NCBI GenBank assembly: GCA_964388035.1
Contig: CAYLZE010000001.1
Span: forward strand, 1 to 64,000
Direction: 5' to 3'
Origin: an uncultured archaeon
Lineage (GTDB): Archaea; Asgardarchaeota; Lokiarchaeia; Sigyniarchaeales; SOKP01
Length of the DNA stretch: 64,000 nucleotides
Part shown: in pieces, positions 51,331 to 61,489 of the stretch
How the letters are laid out: each line of letters begins with the position of its first letter
Position numbering within the stretch: position 1 is the stretch's first letter
Notes under the pieces: model-generated
Database searches by the model: none
What the model was told of the DNA's origin: nothing
What the model saw: the letters and a program-made list of their open reading frames with translations, nothing else
Translations under genes and position numbers: made by a program

Positions 51331-52863
51331 GTGATATTGATGAGTGAAAAAATGAATGTATTGTTAATAATCACGGATCAACAACGTGCGGATCATTTGG
51401 GTTGTGCCGGTAATCCTATCTTGAAAACACCTAATTTAGATAGATTGGCAAGCGAAAGCATGAGATTTTCAAGTGCGTTTTGTGCTAATCCCATGTGCAT
51501 GCCTAATAGAGCAACCATTCTTACTGGTCTATATCCGAATATGCACGGAGTTAGAAGTAATGGAATAAATTTGCCTGATGGGGTTCCCACAATAATGGAA
51601 TGTCTTGAAAAAAAGGGATATCATACCATCAGTATCGGAAAAATTCATCTTCAATATTGGGTAAGAGCATTTGATCCATCTAATCAATCGGTGGAAGCTA
51701 TCCGAAATTGGTTGAGCGATAGCCAACGACCAATCATGAAAGAAATTCTAACCAAACCATACTATGGGTTTGAAGAAGTGGATTTGGTGTTAGGTCATGG
51801 GGACCTTTGCACGGGACATTATTTCGATTGGTTGGAAGAAAAAGGGCCACAATATGTTGAATCAACTAAAATAAAGTTCAAAAGTTTTTTCACGCAGCCT
51901 TTCTATGAAACGGATTTACCAGAAAGCCTATACCCTACCACTTATATTACAGAAAAGACCATTAATTTTTTAGAGAGATATGCTAAGGGGGATTACGGGG
52001 AAAAGCCATTCTTTTTACACTGTTCAATTCCCGATCCCCATCATCCCGTATGTCCTCCGGGAAAATATAAAGAGATGTACGATCCCGGAAAAATTAATCT
52101 TCCCTCAAGTTATAATGATGCGAAAAAGTTAGAGGAACATGAATTTTTAGGCAAGCATATAAAAGATCCCCTATTTCGAGGAGCAATGTTAAGAATATCC
52201 CCTGAAGATGAGATTAGACAATTTATATCCTCAACGTATGGTAGCATCACGATGATTGACGATGGTATAGGGAAAATTTTAGCTTCCCTGGAAAAACTGG
52301 GTCTAGCGGATAATACCATGGTGATTTACACTAGCGATCACGGAGATTTAATGGGAGATCATGGTATGATTTTAAAAGGGCCATGTCCTTTTAAGGGTAT
52401 ATTAAATGTTCCTCTAATATGGAAGGTACCGGGGCTTACAAGACCAGGGACCTCTGATTCACTCACAGGTTCGATAGACATTCCCATGACCATCTTAAGT
52501 CTACTCAAGATTAGAAGAAGAGCTAGACCACCCGACATGCAAGGCGTAGATCTAACGCCAATTTTAAAAGATCCGAACCAGCAAGTTAGGGATTGCTTAT
52601 TAATTGAAGAAGATGAAGAGTTTCCCATGTTAAGCGGAGAAGTTATCGTGAGATTACGACATTTAGTTACAAATGAATACAAGTTAACTCTTTATGAGCA
52701 CATGAAAGGTTTTGGGGATTTATATCATCGAAAAAATGATCCCGATGAAGTCAATAATTTATGGTATTCTCGTAAGGATTTGCGATGTGAATTAATAGAA
52801 CAAATATTTCATGAAACTCTTAAGGCTCAGAGTCGATACCCCAAAAGAGTCGCTCCAACATGA
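51331..52863 (+). CDS. sulfatase (Cys-type)
   Basis: ITDQQRAD, CMPNRATILTG (CxPxR), GKIH, DPHHP, TSDHG. Confidence 0.95.
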   Translation: MILMSEKMNVLLIITDQQRADHLGCAGNPILKTPNLDRLASESMRFSSAFCANPMCMPNRATILTGLYPNMHGVRSNGINLPDGVPTIMECLEKKGYHTISIGKIHLQYWVRAFDPSNQSVEAIRNWLSDSQRPIMKEILTKPYYGFEEVDLVLGHGDLCTGHYFDWLEEKGPQYVESTKIKFKSFFTQPFYETDLPESLYPTTYITEKTINFLERYAKGDYGEKPFFLHCSIPDPHHPVCPPGKYKEMYDPGKINLPSSYNDAKKLEEHEFLGKHIKDPLFRGAMLRISPEDEIRQFISSTYGSITMIDDGIGKILASLEKLGLADNTMVIYTSDHGDLMGDHGMILKGPCPFKGILNVPLIWKVPGLTRPGTSDSLTGSIDIPMTILSLLKIRRRARPPDMQGVDLTPILKDPNQQVRDCLLIEEDEEFPMLSGEVIVRLRHLVTNEYKLTLYEHMKGFGDLYHRKNDPDEVNNLWYSRKDLRCELIEQIFHETLKAQSRYPKRVAPT

Positions 52864-53103
52864 GATTACTTTCTAAAGAATAAAATAAAATGAAAATTTA
52901 TTCAGAAAAGTTAAAGTAAAATCAATTATATTGATTTATCTAATTTATTTTTGAGCTTATTAAATTTTCAAGTGAGTAGAAATTAGGATATAAATATAAT
53001 CTTGTGCAATTGGCGTTAATTGACAAAAGATGATTGTAATATAAGAGAAATATATTCAAGGTAAGAATTTTACTATTTTCCAAAAGGGTGGGATGCCCCC
53101 TTA

Positions 53104-53123
53104 TTTGTCATCGATATGACAAA
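53104..53123. promoter_or_regulatory. palindromic operator copy 4 (TTTGTCAT-CGAT-ATGACAAA)
   Basis: perfect arms, followed by BRE/TATA-like CGAAAG-ATTTAAAA (53125-53138). Confidence 0.85.
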
Positions 53124-53200
53124 TCGAAAGATTTAAAATTAAAAATTGCTTATTACAATTTAAAATAATTGTTTTTCTTTTTTATTGACGTTATACTAGT

Positions 53201-54709
53201 TTGAAAGTATGTGGAATAAAAAAGAATTCTAACATTACAATCAAAAGAATCATTATCATGTTAAACCCAGAAATTTTGGAAGAAGAAAAGGCAAGAGCTA
53301 AAATTACAGAACATGAAAAATCATTTTTAATGGAATTTCCGGAAGATAAAAATCATCCTTCCATTTTACATGTCCAAGGTTCAGCGTATGAAATGGGACA
53401 TGCTCATGGCTATCTATTAGCAGACCGTATCAAGGATTTAATGAGTCTCTATGGAACGGTGGTTGCGGCTGCCGTGGGCGGTTGGAACATGGAATCCAAA
53501 AGGCCCTTTAGGATGCGGCATGTTGAGAAAGGATTAAGTCTCATGAAGCAATTTTGGGACCAAAATCAATTACCAGCAATACAAAAGCAAGCTCCCGAGA
53601 TTTTAGAGGAAATCAATGGTATGGTTGATGGATTAAAAGCAAAAAATTCTCCGGTAACCCATAATCACATCTGTATTATATATGGGAATCCAGATCCTAT
53701 TCAGGCAACTCAAATGGGCTTGCATTGCAGCAGCTGTTGCGCTTGGGGCGGTGCCACCGCAGATGGAAAGGTCATCCATGCTGGAAATTTAGATGAATTG
53801 AATTTTGATTATTTTCATAAAGCTCAAATAATAATGGTCTGCAAGCCGGAAAAAGGAAATAGTTTTATTGGATTCACAACCACGGGATCTGGAAACGTGG
53901 TGAGATGGATGAATGATAAGGGGCTTAGCTATACCGAAATGACATCTTTATCGAAGAACATGGAATGGCCTCAAATTCCAATGGGAATCTCAAGGAGGAT
54001 GGTTGCTCAACACGCATCAAGCATAAAGCAAGCATATGAACTATTGAAATCTTTTGGAGGATCCACGGGATCTAATCACATGATCTGTGAAGGTACTGGT
54101 TCCAATCCTCATGGAGTTATTATTGAACAATCTGGAACTGAAATTGCGATGAGAGAAAAGTTAAGCGAGTTTCCAAATTTACTCTTTTCAACGAATTATT
54201 ATAATTGCTATCCCGGATGGCAAGGATATAATGGTTATAATATGGTCCCAGGTCAAATAGCAGCATTTCAAAAATTAGGTGGCATTCCTTTTGGACCAAA
54301 TCAAGGGAAGAAAGTCGAATGGAAGGACGTGGATACTGTCGAAAAATGGCGAGAAATGGTCAAATGTCCCCGCTATGAAAGATACATGGCCTTCTTTAAA
54401 CGGAATAAAAGTAATCTTGACCTTAATAAAATCGTAGAGATACAAAGTGCTTATGAAATGACACTTGGACAATTAGAAAGTTTGGGATTAAAAGAAAAAG
54501 TAAGAATGGAATTATGTCAATCCTGTGCCCATCTATTTGGTGTGAATAAGGCCGTGGTGATGGAAGAATGCCCCAGTACGAATAGCATAATATTCAAACC
54601 AAGCGAAGGAGAGATTTGGGTTGCAGCAGGCGGCGTTCCTGCGCAAGAAGGTCCCTTCTGGAACATAAATTTTCAAGATCATTTAGAAATGCTGGAAAAA
54701 TACGAATAA
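53201..54709 (+). CDS. C45 family autoproteolytic acyltransferase/hydrolase (Ntn fold); probable start ATG 53258
   Basis: G..YEMG.AHG.LL, EEI.GM..G, HCS nucleophile, T.DG...H..NLD, MN.KGL, TN. Confidence 0.85.
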   Translation: MKVCGIKKNSNITIKRIIIMLNPEILEEEKARAKITEHEKSFLMEFPEDKNHPSILHVQGSAYEMGHAHGYLLADRIKDLMSLYGTVVAAAVGGWNMESKRPFRMRHVEKGLSLMKQFWDQNQLPAIQKQAPEILEEINGMVDGLKAKNSPVTHNHICIIYGNPDPIQATQMGLHCSSCCAWGGATADGKVIHAGNLDELNFDYFHKAQIIMVCKPEKGNSFIGFTTTGSGNVVRWMNDKGLSYTEMTSLSKNMEWPQIPMGISRRMVAQHASSIKQAYELLKSFGGSTGSNHMICEGTGSNPHGVIIEQSGTEIAMREKLSEFPNLLFSTNYYNCYPGWQGYNGYNMVPGQIAAFQKLGGIPFGPNQGKKVEWKDVDTVEKWREMVKCPRYERYMAFFKRNKSNLDLNKIVEIQSAYEMTLGQLESLGLKEKVRMELCQSCAHLFGVNKAVVMEECPSTNSIIFKPSEGEIWVAAGGVPAQEGPFWNINFQDHLEMLEKYE

Positions 54710-54793
54710 ATTAAATTTAAATACTTTTCTTAAATTTTTAATCTTCTAATAGTCAAGATTTAATATTAATTTTAAATTAAATTCAAAGAACGT

Positions 54794-56185
54794 GTGATGA
54801 ATTCTCAAGATACAAATCCTATTACTCGTCCATTTACAAGAGAATTGGAAGGTTATTGGAAAACGGAAGGATACAATTACTTCCTCGAAATTAAGGAAGG
54901 CAATTACATCGTTCATGAATATACCCAAGTTAGTTGTTTAACAATTAAAGGATTCATGGGATATCTGGACCCTACCGCTCCTACCTTCATTGCGAGGATA
55001 AATGATAAAAAAAACTTGGTATGTGAAAATCTTGGCACGACCTTTTATATTGAATCCAAGAGGATACCAGAGCTTCCTGAATTTCACCAGAGCACGAAGC
55101 TTTCTGAACCTGATAATCCCGAGATGAATTTTGAAGTGTTCTGGCACACCCTTAATGAGCTATATCCTTTTTTTGAACAAAGAAAAATCGATTGGAGAGA
55201 AATCCACGATACATATCGTTCTAAAGTAACTAATGAAACCTCAAGGGAAGAGCTAGCATATCTCTTACGTGAAATGGTGAATCCATTAAATGATGCTCAC
55301 ATGTTCTTGAAAGCTAAAGAAACAGATACCATTGATATCCTTGTGGTTTTCCCTCAGTGGGCGCGTGGTCCTATTAAGAATGCATTAAATGCTATTGAAG
55401 AAAATGCGGCCTTAGGCAAATGGAAAGGTGCAGAAGGGAAAGTTGCCTCTGTCTTAAACGAAACCTTTCAAGACTTTCTCCCCGTAATCAAACAAAAATA
55501 TTTACACGGTAATTTTAAGACAGCATGTAATGAGATGATATTTTATGGAAAAGTAAGTGAAACTATAGGATACATTTATCTGGCACGTGTTTTTAATTAT
55601 GCCAGCGATGTGAAGCATGAATCATTAAAAGAGATTGAAACCTTTAATAAAGCATTTGATTCGATCATTGACGAGTTCGATACTATGGAAAGCATTATAT
55701 TAGATATTAGATTCTGTCTAGGAGGGGATGACTCTATAGGATTAGCAGTAACCGAGCGGTTTGCAGATAAGAAAAGAATGGTGCTTGCGAAGAGAGCAAA
55801 AGGTGCCGAAGGATTATCTCCCCCGAGAGAATTTTTTGTGGACCCTTCGGGAAAAAAAACTTTTGCACGGAAAAAGATATTTATCCTGACTAGTGGAGTC
55901 ACGATTAGCGGGGGAGAAAACTTGGCAATCATGATGAAAGCACTTCCGAATACCACATTCATTGGAGAGTCTGGACCCGGAATCTTATCCGATACCATAG
56001 TGCGACATCTTCCGAACGGATGGCAGTTTTTTCTTCCCATGGAAGTATTTTATGGTCATGACGGCAAGGCTTATGAAACGCAACCCTTTCCCATTGATGT
56101 AAAAGTACCTTTAAATAAAGATCATTTTCAGCAACAAAAAGATGATATCTTGGAAAAAGCTATAGAATTAGTAAAAAAATCATGA
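54794..56185 (+). CDS. S41 family peptidase
   Basis: NFEVFW....E.YPFF, LNDAH, ILDIRF..GG, TISGGE, IGE..G, LPNGW. Confidence 0.9.
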   Translation: MMNSQDTNPITRPFTRELEGYWKTEGYNYFLEIKEGNYIVHEYTQVSCLTIKGFMGYLDPTAPTFIARINDKKNLVCENLGTTFYIESKRIPELPEFHQSTKLSEPDNPEMNFEVFWHTLNELYPFFEQRKIDWREIHDTYRSKVTNETSREELAYLLREMVNPLNDAHMFLKAKETDTIDILVVFPQWARGPIKNALNAIEENAALGKWKGAEGKVASVLNETFQDFLPVIKQKYLHGNFKTACNEMIFYGKVSETIGYIYLARVFNYASDVKHESLKEIETFNKAFDSIIDEFDTMESIILDIRFCLGGDDSIGLAVTERFADKKRMVLAKRAKGAEGLSPPREFFVDPSGKKTFARKKIFILTSGVTISGGENLAIMMKALPNTTFIGESGPGILSDTIVRHLPNGWQFFLPMEVFYGHDGKAYETQPFPIDVKVPLNKDHFQQQKDDILEKAIELVKKS

Positions 56186-56190
56186 CTCAC

Positions 56191-57651
56191 TTATTTAAAA
56201 GTTTCTTTCAATGTTTCGGAAAGAATTATTATGAGATCATTCACATTTTGAGGATTTAATGCCCATACACATAAGATTGCCTCCTCATTTAACTTGAACA
56301 CGACTATTGCAGGACCTTCTCCGGTATTACCGGGTTTTTCTAAATTTGGAATATTGCCGAATATGGGAACCCATTCCTTCTTAAGGGTATAATTGATCCA
56401 ATAGACAGTACATTCAATTCCATGAAGTGTTTGATGAGTCTCTTCACCAGTAATCTTTAATTGTTTTTCCAATCGTTCAATATAATCCTTGCCCCCCTCT
56501 AAAGTATCGGCGAACGCTCTTTTAATTTGATTTGGAATGGCAACACCTTTCTTAATCGGAAAATATCTCAAACCGCATAATTTAAAAAATGCTCTTTCTG
56601 GACCAGGAGATGCTAATCCTAACTCATCGGCACTATCGTGGCTGTTAGTATGATCTAGAAGAATTTTCCAATCTCTATTGAATAATTTCTGGATAAGGTT
56701 TGTCATGATTTTACTTTTTCTCATTCTTGGTCCCAAGAGATTAATATCTTCTTTTCCGTGTAATTCTATTTCTTTTTCAAGATAAATATGGGACAAGAGA
56801 ATTGCATAGGTGTCTGCCACGTTTTTATCCGAAATTCTCATGGATAAACCAAATCCCGAGGTCACATTGCTAGTAAACACAAAATCGTCCAATACAATTA
56901 GTTGCGTTTGGATCTCGTTTGGATCGACTAATATCCGAACTCGCTCGGGAAGATTTTCTGTTATAGGTTTGGTTGTTTCCTCCTCTGAATCCGCATCATT
57001 ATCATTCTTTTCATTTTTCATATTACGTGCAACAATCATTGCGAACCTATCCCTTCTATATTCGTCTCTAATTCTAATATTATTCTTTTCGTATATTTTA
57101 AAAATGCGTTGGAGCGAATTTAATATTGTTGGTTTCAATTCTTCAAAAAATTCAAAGGAAATGTAGAACATGATTCTCGTATCCGCATGTTCCATGTATT
57201 CTATCACTTGGCGATACAGTTCTGCTGTTGTTGGGATGACAAAAGTATTGGAGACTCTCCCCCCATAAAATTTATCTGAAGCTAAATAAGCGGTGACTTT
57301 TTCATCCACTAAGGATTTCAGTTCTTTTAACCTTTTTAATTTATTCTCTTGCTGGGTAATATACTTGTTCAATTTAACATTTGGATTCATTCCTCTAAAT
57401 TGTAGTGGCTTCGTACCCACCTTTTTTGATTCTATCCATCCATCACGGTCTAATCTATTAAGTATTGTATAGATATGAGTCCGCTTTAATTTGGGAAATT
57501 TGCTCGTTATTTCAATACCGGTAAGATATTCTTTAGCTTTTAGTAATTCTATATAAACTCTCAAATCTTCTCCTTCTAATAATTCCAATTCAGTTAGACC
57601 GGAAGAGAGCAAGCTCGCCCAATCCAAATAACTCTCCATTTCTTTTAGCAA
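56191..57651 (-). CDS. TrmB family transcriptional regulator with long C-terminal extension
   Basis: RVYIELL...TGIEI..RTHIYTILNRL...GWI..KPLQF...P wHTH followed by a coiled coil and effector-type domain. Confidence 0.8.
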   Translation of the reverse strand: MLKEMESYLDWASLLSSGLTELELLEGEDLRVYIELLKAKEYLTGIEITSKFPKLKRTHIYTILNRLDRDGWIESKKVGTKPLQFRGMNPNVKLNKYITQQENKLKRLKELKSLVDEKVTAYLASDKFYGGRVSNTFVIPTTAELYRQVIEYMEHADTRIMFYISFEFFEELKPTILNSLQRIFKIYEKNNIRIRDEYRRDRFAMIVARNMKNEKNDNDADSEEETTKPITENLPERVRILVDPNEIQTQLIVLDDFVFTSNVTSGFGLSMRISDKNVADTYAILLSHIYLEKEIELHGKEDINLLGPRMRKSKIMTNLIQKLFNRDWKILLDHTNSHDSADELGLASPGPERAFFKLCGLRYFPIKKGVAIPNQIKRAFADTLEGGKDYIERLEKQLKITGEETHQTLHGIECTVYWINYTLKKEWVPIFGNIPNLEKPGNTGEGPAIVVFKLNEEAILCVWALNPQNVNDLIIILSETLKETFK

Positions 57652-57799
57652 TCTTCTTTTTTTACGTAGTTTATTTCAATATAGGATAAATATCAAAATA
57701 TTTTTTATGTAAGTAATAACTTTTATTGTTTTTTAAGTGATTTGATAAGGAGTGACAAATATTTTCTTTGAAATCTTACTAAATCTCATAATAACTGAA

Positions 57800-57860
57800 T
57801 ATAATTCTTTCTTCTTGGGATATGATTTCACGAACTGCACGAAAACATAATTCACGTTAG
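57800..57860. repeat. degenerate ~60-bp intergenic repeat, copy 1
   Basis: core tttcacgaactgcacgaaaacata matches 62546-62569 at 21 of 24 positions. Confidence 0.6.
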
Positions 57861-57914
57861 CTCCTCCTTAACTTATTACAATAAAGGAATAATAAAAAAA
57901 GTTTATGGGTAAAT

Positions 57915-59348
57915 TTATTTTCTTAATGTTGCTCTCGGTAATACATCTATTTTTTTTATAACTTCGATAAATCCTTTTGTTACGGGTTCGAGCTGGTTAA
58001 CGGCAACCTTATCTATGGTATCTAGCGGGTGCCAGTTGTAATAGGGGCCGCTAATAAAGCTCAATACAGGAATTCCTTCTTCAAAAAAAGGCGTGGCGTC
58101 TGTCCATAAAGACATCTCTTGGGAATACTTGCTGTCGCTTCCTTCCTCTGAAGTCACTCCTGATGCAATGGGCATTAACCCCGTAAGTTCCAAGTTATTT
58201 TCGATTACCATGGTTTTAGCAGCATCTTTAAATTCAGGAATGTCAGAAACGTAGAGCCCCCTTATTTGAGGAAAGCCCGAAGTGATTAACTGACCATCTT
58301 TAATGATGGGCTCCTTTGCAATATGCTCCACGTGTATGCTGGTTACGACTCTCGAAACAATATCCTTATACTTTTTCTTGAATTCATATCCTCCAATAGA
58401 ACCATAGAAATGACCTGTTGAAAAAAGGACGAGGATTGAACGATTTCTTTTCTCTTTGGGTATCTGAGAAAAATATTTAGCAAGCGCTAAAATCACCGAT
58501 ACTCCCGAAGCGTCTTGAACTGCATTGTGGAAAGCAGCATCATGATGAGATCCTAACTCTATCAATTCTTTAGATTTGCCGGGAAGGATTCCAAACACAT
58601 TGGAGGTCTTACCGGGAGATTCTTTACCCGTTAAAATTATGTGTCCAGTCACGTTCTTTTTTCCACTGGAAAGTTGATCTTTTAATTTTAAGCCATCTGA
58701 TTTGGATAAGAAAATTCCGGGAATTGGTCTGGGAAAATCATCCGTGCCTTCTGCTGGAAAGTATAAAATGGGACTATCAATGGGATAATTTGATAAAATT
58801 CCTACAAATCCAATTGCTCCTTTTTTAGCCGCACGATGATATCCCGCCCAATTTATCCCTCTTGACATATCCGGAATATTATGCTCCTGAAAATTAATGT
58901 TTCTCGGGTTATGTACATAATAACAGATGTGTGCTAAAAGGTGGTACTCCAAAAAATAGAATTCTAAATCCATCACCGCAATTTTTCCTTTCAGATCCAC
59001 TCCTTCCAAGTCTTCTTCATTTCCCTTGCCAATATAGACAAGCTCTCCGGTCACTCCTTCTGGCTTAGTAAAAGCAGTATAACACGTATAAAAGCAAGGA
59101 AATTCGTAATTTTGATCATCTATCTTATAAGTGAAGCGCCAATATTCTGGCTCCCATAATTTAATATCAATAGATTGCTTCTCAACCGTTTCAAATCCAA
59201 AACTTCTTAATTGATTAGCTAAAAAATCCTCCACTTTATGGGAAGCGGGCATTCCGGGGCGACGATAACCCTTATCACAAATTGCCATGATCCATGATGT
59301 GATTTCTTCTTTTTTCGGAATGGGTATATTATCTTCCATATTTTTCAC
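57915..59348 (-). CDS. M28 family peptidase with PA domain
   Basis: GELVYIG.G, DLKGKIAV, NVFGILPG, SHHD, QDASG, TGH, TD...F, H..DT.DKV. Confidence 0.88.
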   Translation of the reverse strand: MKNMEDNIPIPKKEEITSWIMAICDKGYRRPGMPASHKVEDFLANQLRSFGFETVEKQSIDIKLWEPEYWRFTYKIDDQNYEFPCFYTCYTAFTKPEGVTGELVYIGKGNEEDLEGVDLKGKIAVMDLEFYFLEYHLLAHICYYVHNPRNINFQEHNIPDMSRGINWAGYHRAAKKGAIGFVGILSNYPIDSPILYFPAEGTDDFPRPIPGIFLSKSDGLKLKDQLSSGKKNVTGHIILTGKESPGKTSNVFGILPGKSKELIELGSHHDAAFHNAVQDASGVSVILALAKYFSQIPKEKRNRSILVLFSTGHFYGSIGGYEFKKKYKDIVSRVVTSIHVEHIAKEPIIKDGQLITSGFPQIRGLYVSDIPEFKDAAKTMVIENNLELTGLMPIASGVTSEEGSDSKYSQEMSLWTDATPFFEEGIPVLSFISGPYYNWHPLDTIDKVAVNQLEPVTKGFIEVIKKIDVLPRATLRK

Positions 59349-59429
59349 TTTACCTTAATATTTTATATTATTTTAAATGCAGTTATATAGCCTAGAAAAA
59401 ACCAGTATTTTATTTAAAGTTTGTCGTCA

Positions 59430-59449
59430 TTTGTCATAGTTATGACAAA
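59430..59449. promoter_or_regulatory. palindromic operator copy 5 (TTTGTCAT-AGTT-ATGACAAA) plus half-site at 59420-59427
   Basis: perfect arms; upstream of the minus-strand M28 gene; minus strand contains GACAAACTTTAAATAA, identical to 49561-49576. Confidence 0.85.
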
Positions 59450-59608
59450 TAGTGTCTTTTTCCACTCGCCTTCTAATGTCCATGTATTATAAGTATAAAC
59501 TTTCTTTTAAGCTATCAGCATGAGAATTTTAAATTACACATCAGAATTTTTTCATGCTTTCTCCTCTTACAGAAAAAGACTTAATAAATTTCTCATCCTA
59601 ATTTTAAT

Positions 59609-60373
59609 ATGCCCGTAGAAATTGAGATTGCTTATCCGATTTATACCATACTTATAAACAATCCCGAAGTGCGAAATGCAGTAGATGGTCCCACCGCTTT
59701 ACAGCTGGCCGATGCTTTCCGAAAATTCGAAAGTGATAAAAATGCATTGGTTGCCGTATTGCATGGGACTAATGGTACCTTTTGTTCGGGTGCAAATCTA
59801 AAAGCCATAACTGAAGGGAAAGGAAATAGAATTGAAAAGGAGGGAGATGGCCCCATGGGCCCCACGCGCATGCTATTAACAAAACCTGTCATCGCAGCTA
59901 TCGCAGGACACGCCGTTGCGGGGGGATTAGAATTAGCTCTCTGGTGTGATTTGCGAGTTGTGGAGAAAAATGCCATTTTTGGAGTATTTTGTAGAAGATT
60001 TGGGGTACCTTTGATCGATGGTGGTACGGTAAGGCTTCCAAGATTGATAGGCTTGAGTCGAGCCATGGATATGATCCTCACCGGGCGTCCCATCACGGCA
60101 GAAGAGGCATACCATTGGGGATTAGCAAATACGATTGTAGAAGAAGGACGTTCAAGGCAGGAGGCAGAATTATTAGCCCGTGACATCGCAAAATTTCCAC
60201 AGCATTGCATGAGAAACGATAGAATGTCAACAATCCAACAATTTGGCATTTCCATTAAAGAAGCCATGAAGAATGAATTTGAACTGGGATTAAAGAGTTT
60301 AGAAACGGGAGAATATCTGGAAGGAAGTACGAAATTCACAGAAGGAAAAGGAAAGCACGGAAATTTTGATTAA
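59609..60373 (+). CDS. enoyl-CoA hydratase/isomerase family protein
   Basis: FCSGANL, KPVIAAIAGHAVAGGLELALWCD, GVPLIDGGT. Confidence 0.95.
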   Translation: MPVEIEIAYPIYTILINNPEVRNAVDGPTALQLADAFRKFESDKNALVAVLHGTNGTFCSGANLKAITEGKGNRIEKEGDGPMGPTRMLLTKPVIAAIAGHAVAGGLELALWCDLRVVEKNAIFGVFCRRFGVPLIDGGTVRLPRLIGLSRAMDMILTGRPITAEEAYHWGLANTIVEEGRSRQEAELLARDIAKFPQHCMRNDRMSTIQQFGISIKEAMKNEFELGLKSLETGEYLEGSTKFTEGKGKHGNFD

Positions 60374-60444
60374 CCATGCGTTCACTTTAGAAAGTAATAA
60401 TTATATCCTTCCCTATTCATGATCAATTATTCAAATAGAAGTCG

Positions 60445-61389
60445 TCATATTTCTTGTTTATCAAGGTAATCCTGGTCTATTTCTTTAATTACTTTATTAA
60501 TCTTTTCTTTATATGACCTCAACTTTTTTAATACTATTTCCTTGAATAGAACTTGTTGCTCCGGAATCACCTTCATGGCGTTAATCGCATCCGTAGAAAT
60601 AGTATCATCAAAAAGAATTGGAATAAAAAGTGAATCATTATCAATGATGGGGAATAGCGATGAAAGCTCTAAAATAAAGTTGGGATCAATTAATTCTGGA
60701 TCTTCAAAAATGTCGGAAAGGTTTTTATTTGGATACAATTGTTTCATGATTCTAAATACAATCGTAAGATGATTCTGCATCTGAAGGTTGATGTGGTTTC
60801 TAAAAAATCTTGCCATGGGAATAATTAATTGATTCAGATCTCCTAAAGTTGTTAACATGGTGAAAGCTTCTGGAATTCCCTTCTCAGTAATCGTATAGAG
60901 ATTTCTGCTTTTCCCTTGATATTGCTCCGTTCTGGAAAACTTTATTAATTTCCTTTTCTCCAAGCTTTTTAACACCTGATAAATAGCTGGGGGTTTTTGC
61001 CAAGCCTCTAAATCCGATTTATCCTTCTGGGTAATGATTCGTGCATCCTTAATTAAATCCTTTAAATTTGCTTGAAGCTTGACATCTTTCTTCCCTTGTT
61101 CCAAGAACTCTAATAGAAGTTTTTTAGAGAAGGGAGATTCAATGCTATTAATCAAGGATATTATCTTCTTTTCTTGATTGCCATCTGTCTCTTCATTATC
61201 GAAGAAATCCATGATCATCGAACTATATTTAATCAATAATTCAAGGTTCCTTACTGGGGGTTTTTGTTTCCCCGCTACTCGTTCTATAAGTGTTTGATAA
61301 ATTTCATAGGGATGGCTCTCTCCTTTTTCCATGATTATCGATAATATCATGAATTCCGAAGCAGCCCGTGTAATTTTTCTAAACTTCAT
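60445..61389 (-). CDS. PadR-like regulator with a large insertion in the wHTH
   Basis: FMILSII..GESHPYEI, then about 95 aa, then PAIYQVLKSLEKRKLI..RNLYTITEKG. Confidence 0.75.
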   Translation of the reverse strand: MKFRKITRAASEFMILSIIMEKGESHPYEIYQTLIERVAGKQKPPVRNLELLIKYSSMIMDFFDNEETDGNQEKKIISLINSIESPFSKKLLLEFLEQGKKDVKLQANLKDLIKDARIITQKDKSDLEAWQKPPAIYQVLKSLEKRKLIKFSRTEQYQGKSRNLYTITEKGIPEAFTMLTTLGDLNQLIIPMARFFRNHINLQMQNHLTIVFRIMKQLYPNKNLSDIFEDPELIDPNFILELSSLFPIIDNDSLFIPILFDDTISTDAINAMKVIPEQQVLFKEIVLKKLRSYKEKINKVIKEIDQDYLDKQEI

Positions 61390-61413
61390 TGTTTTATAAT
61401 AACCTTTTTATAA

Positions 61414-61461
61414 TATTAAGATTTGTTATTATTAAGAAAAATTAATATTAAGAAAAATTAA
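61414..61461. repeat. three 16-bp-period units starting TATTAAGA in the PadR divergent promoter
   Basis: tattaagatttgttat / tattaagaaaaattaa / tattaagaaaaattaa. Confidence 0.75.
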
Positions 61462-61489
61462 TGATACAAATTGCAATAAATGATGAAAA

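Noticed and set aside
56699-56712. TTTGTCATGATT inside the TrmB coding sequence
   Set aside because: Half-site only; the second arm is absent.
59641-60339. 232-aa antisense ORF
   Set aside because: Shadow of the well-supported enoyl-CoA hydratase; no motifs. The other short antisense or overlapping ORFs in the track were rejected likewise.
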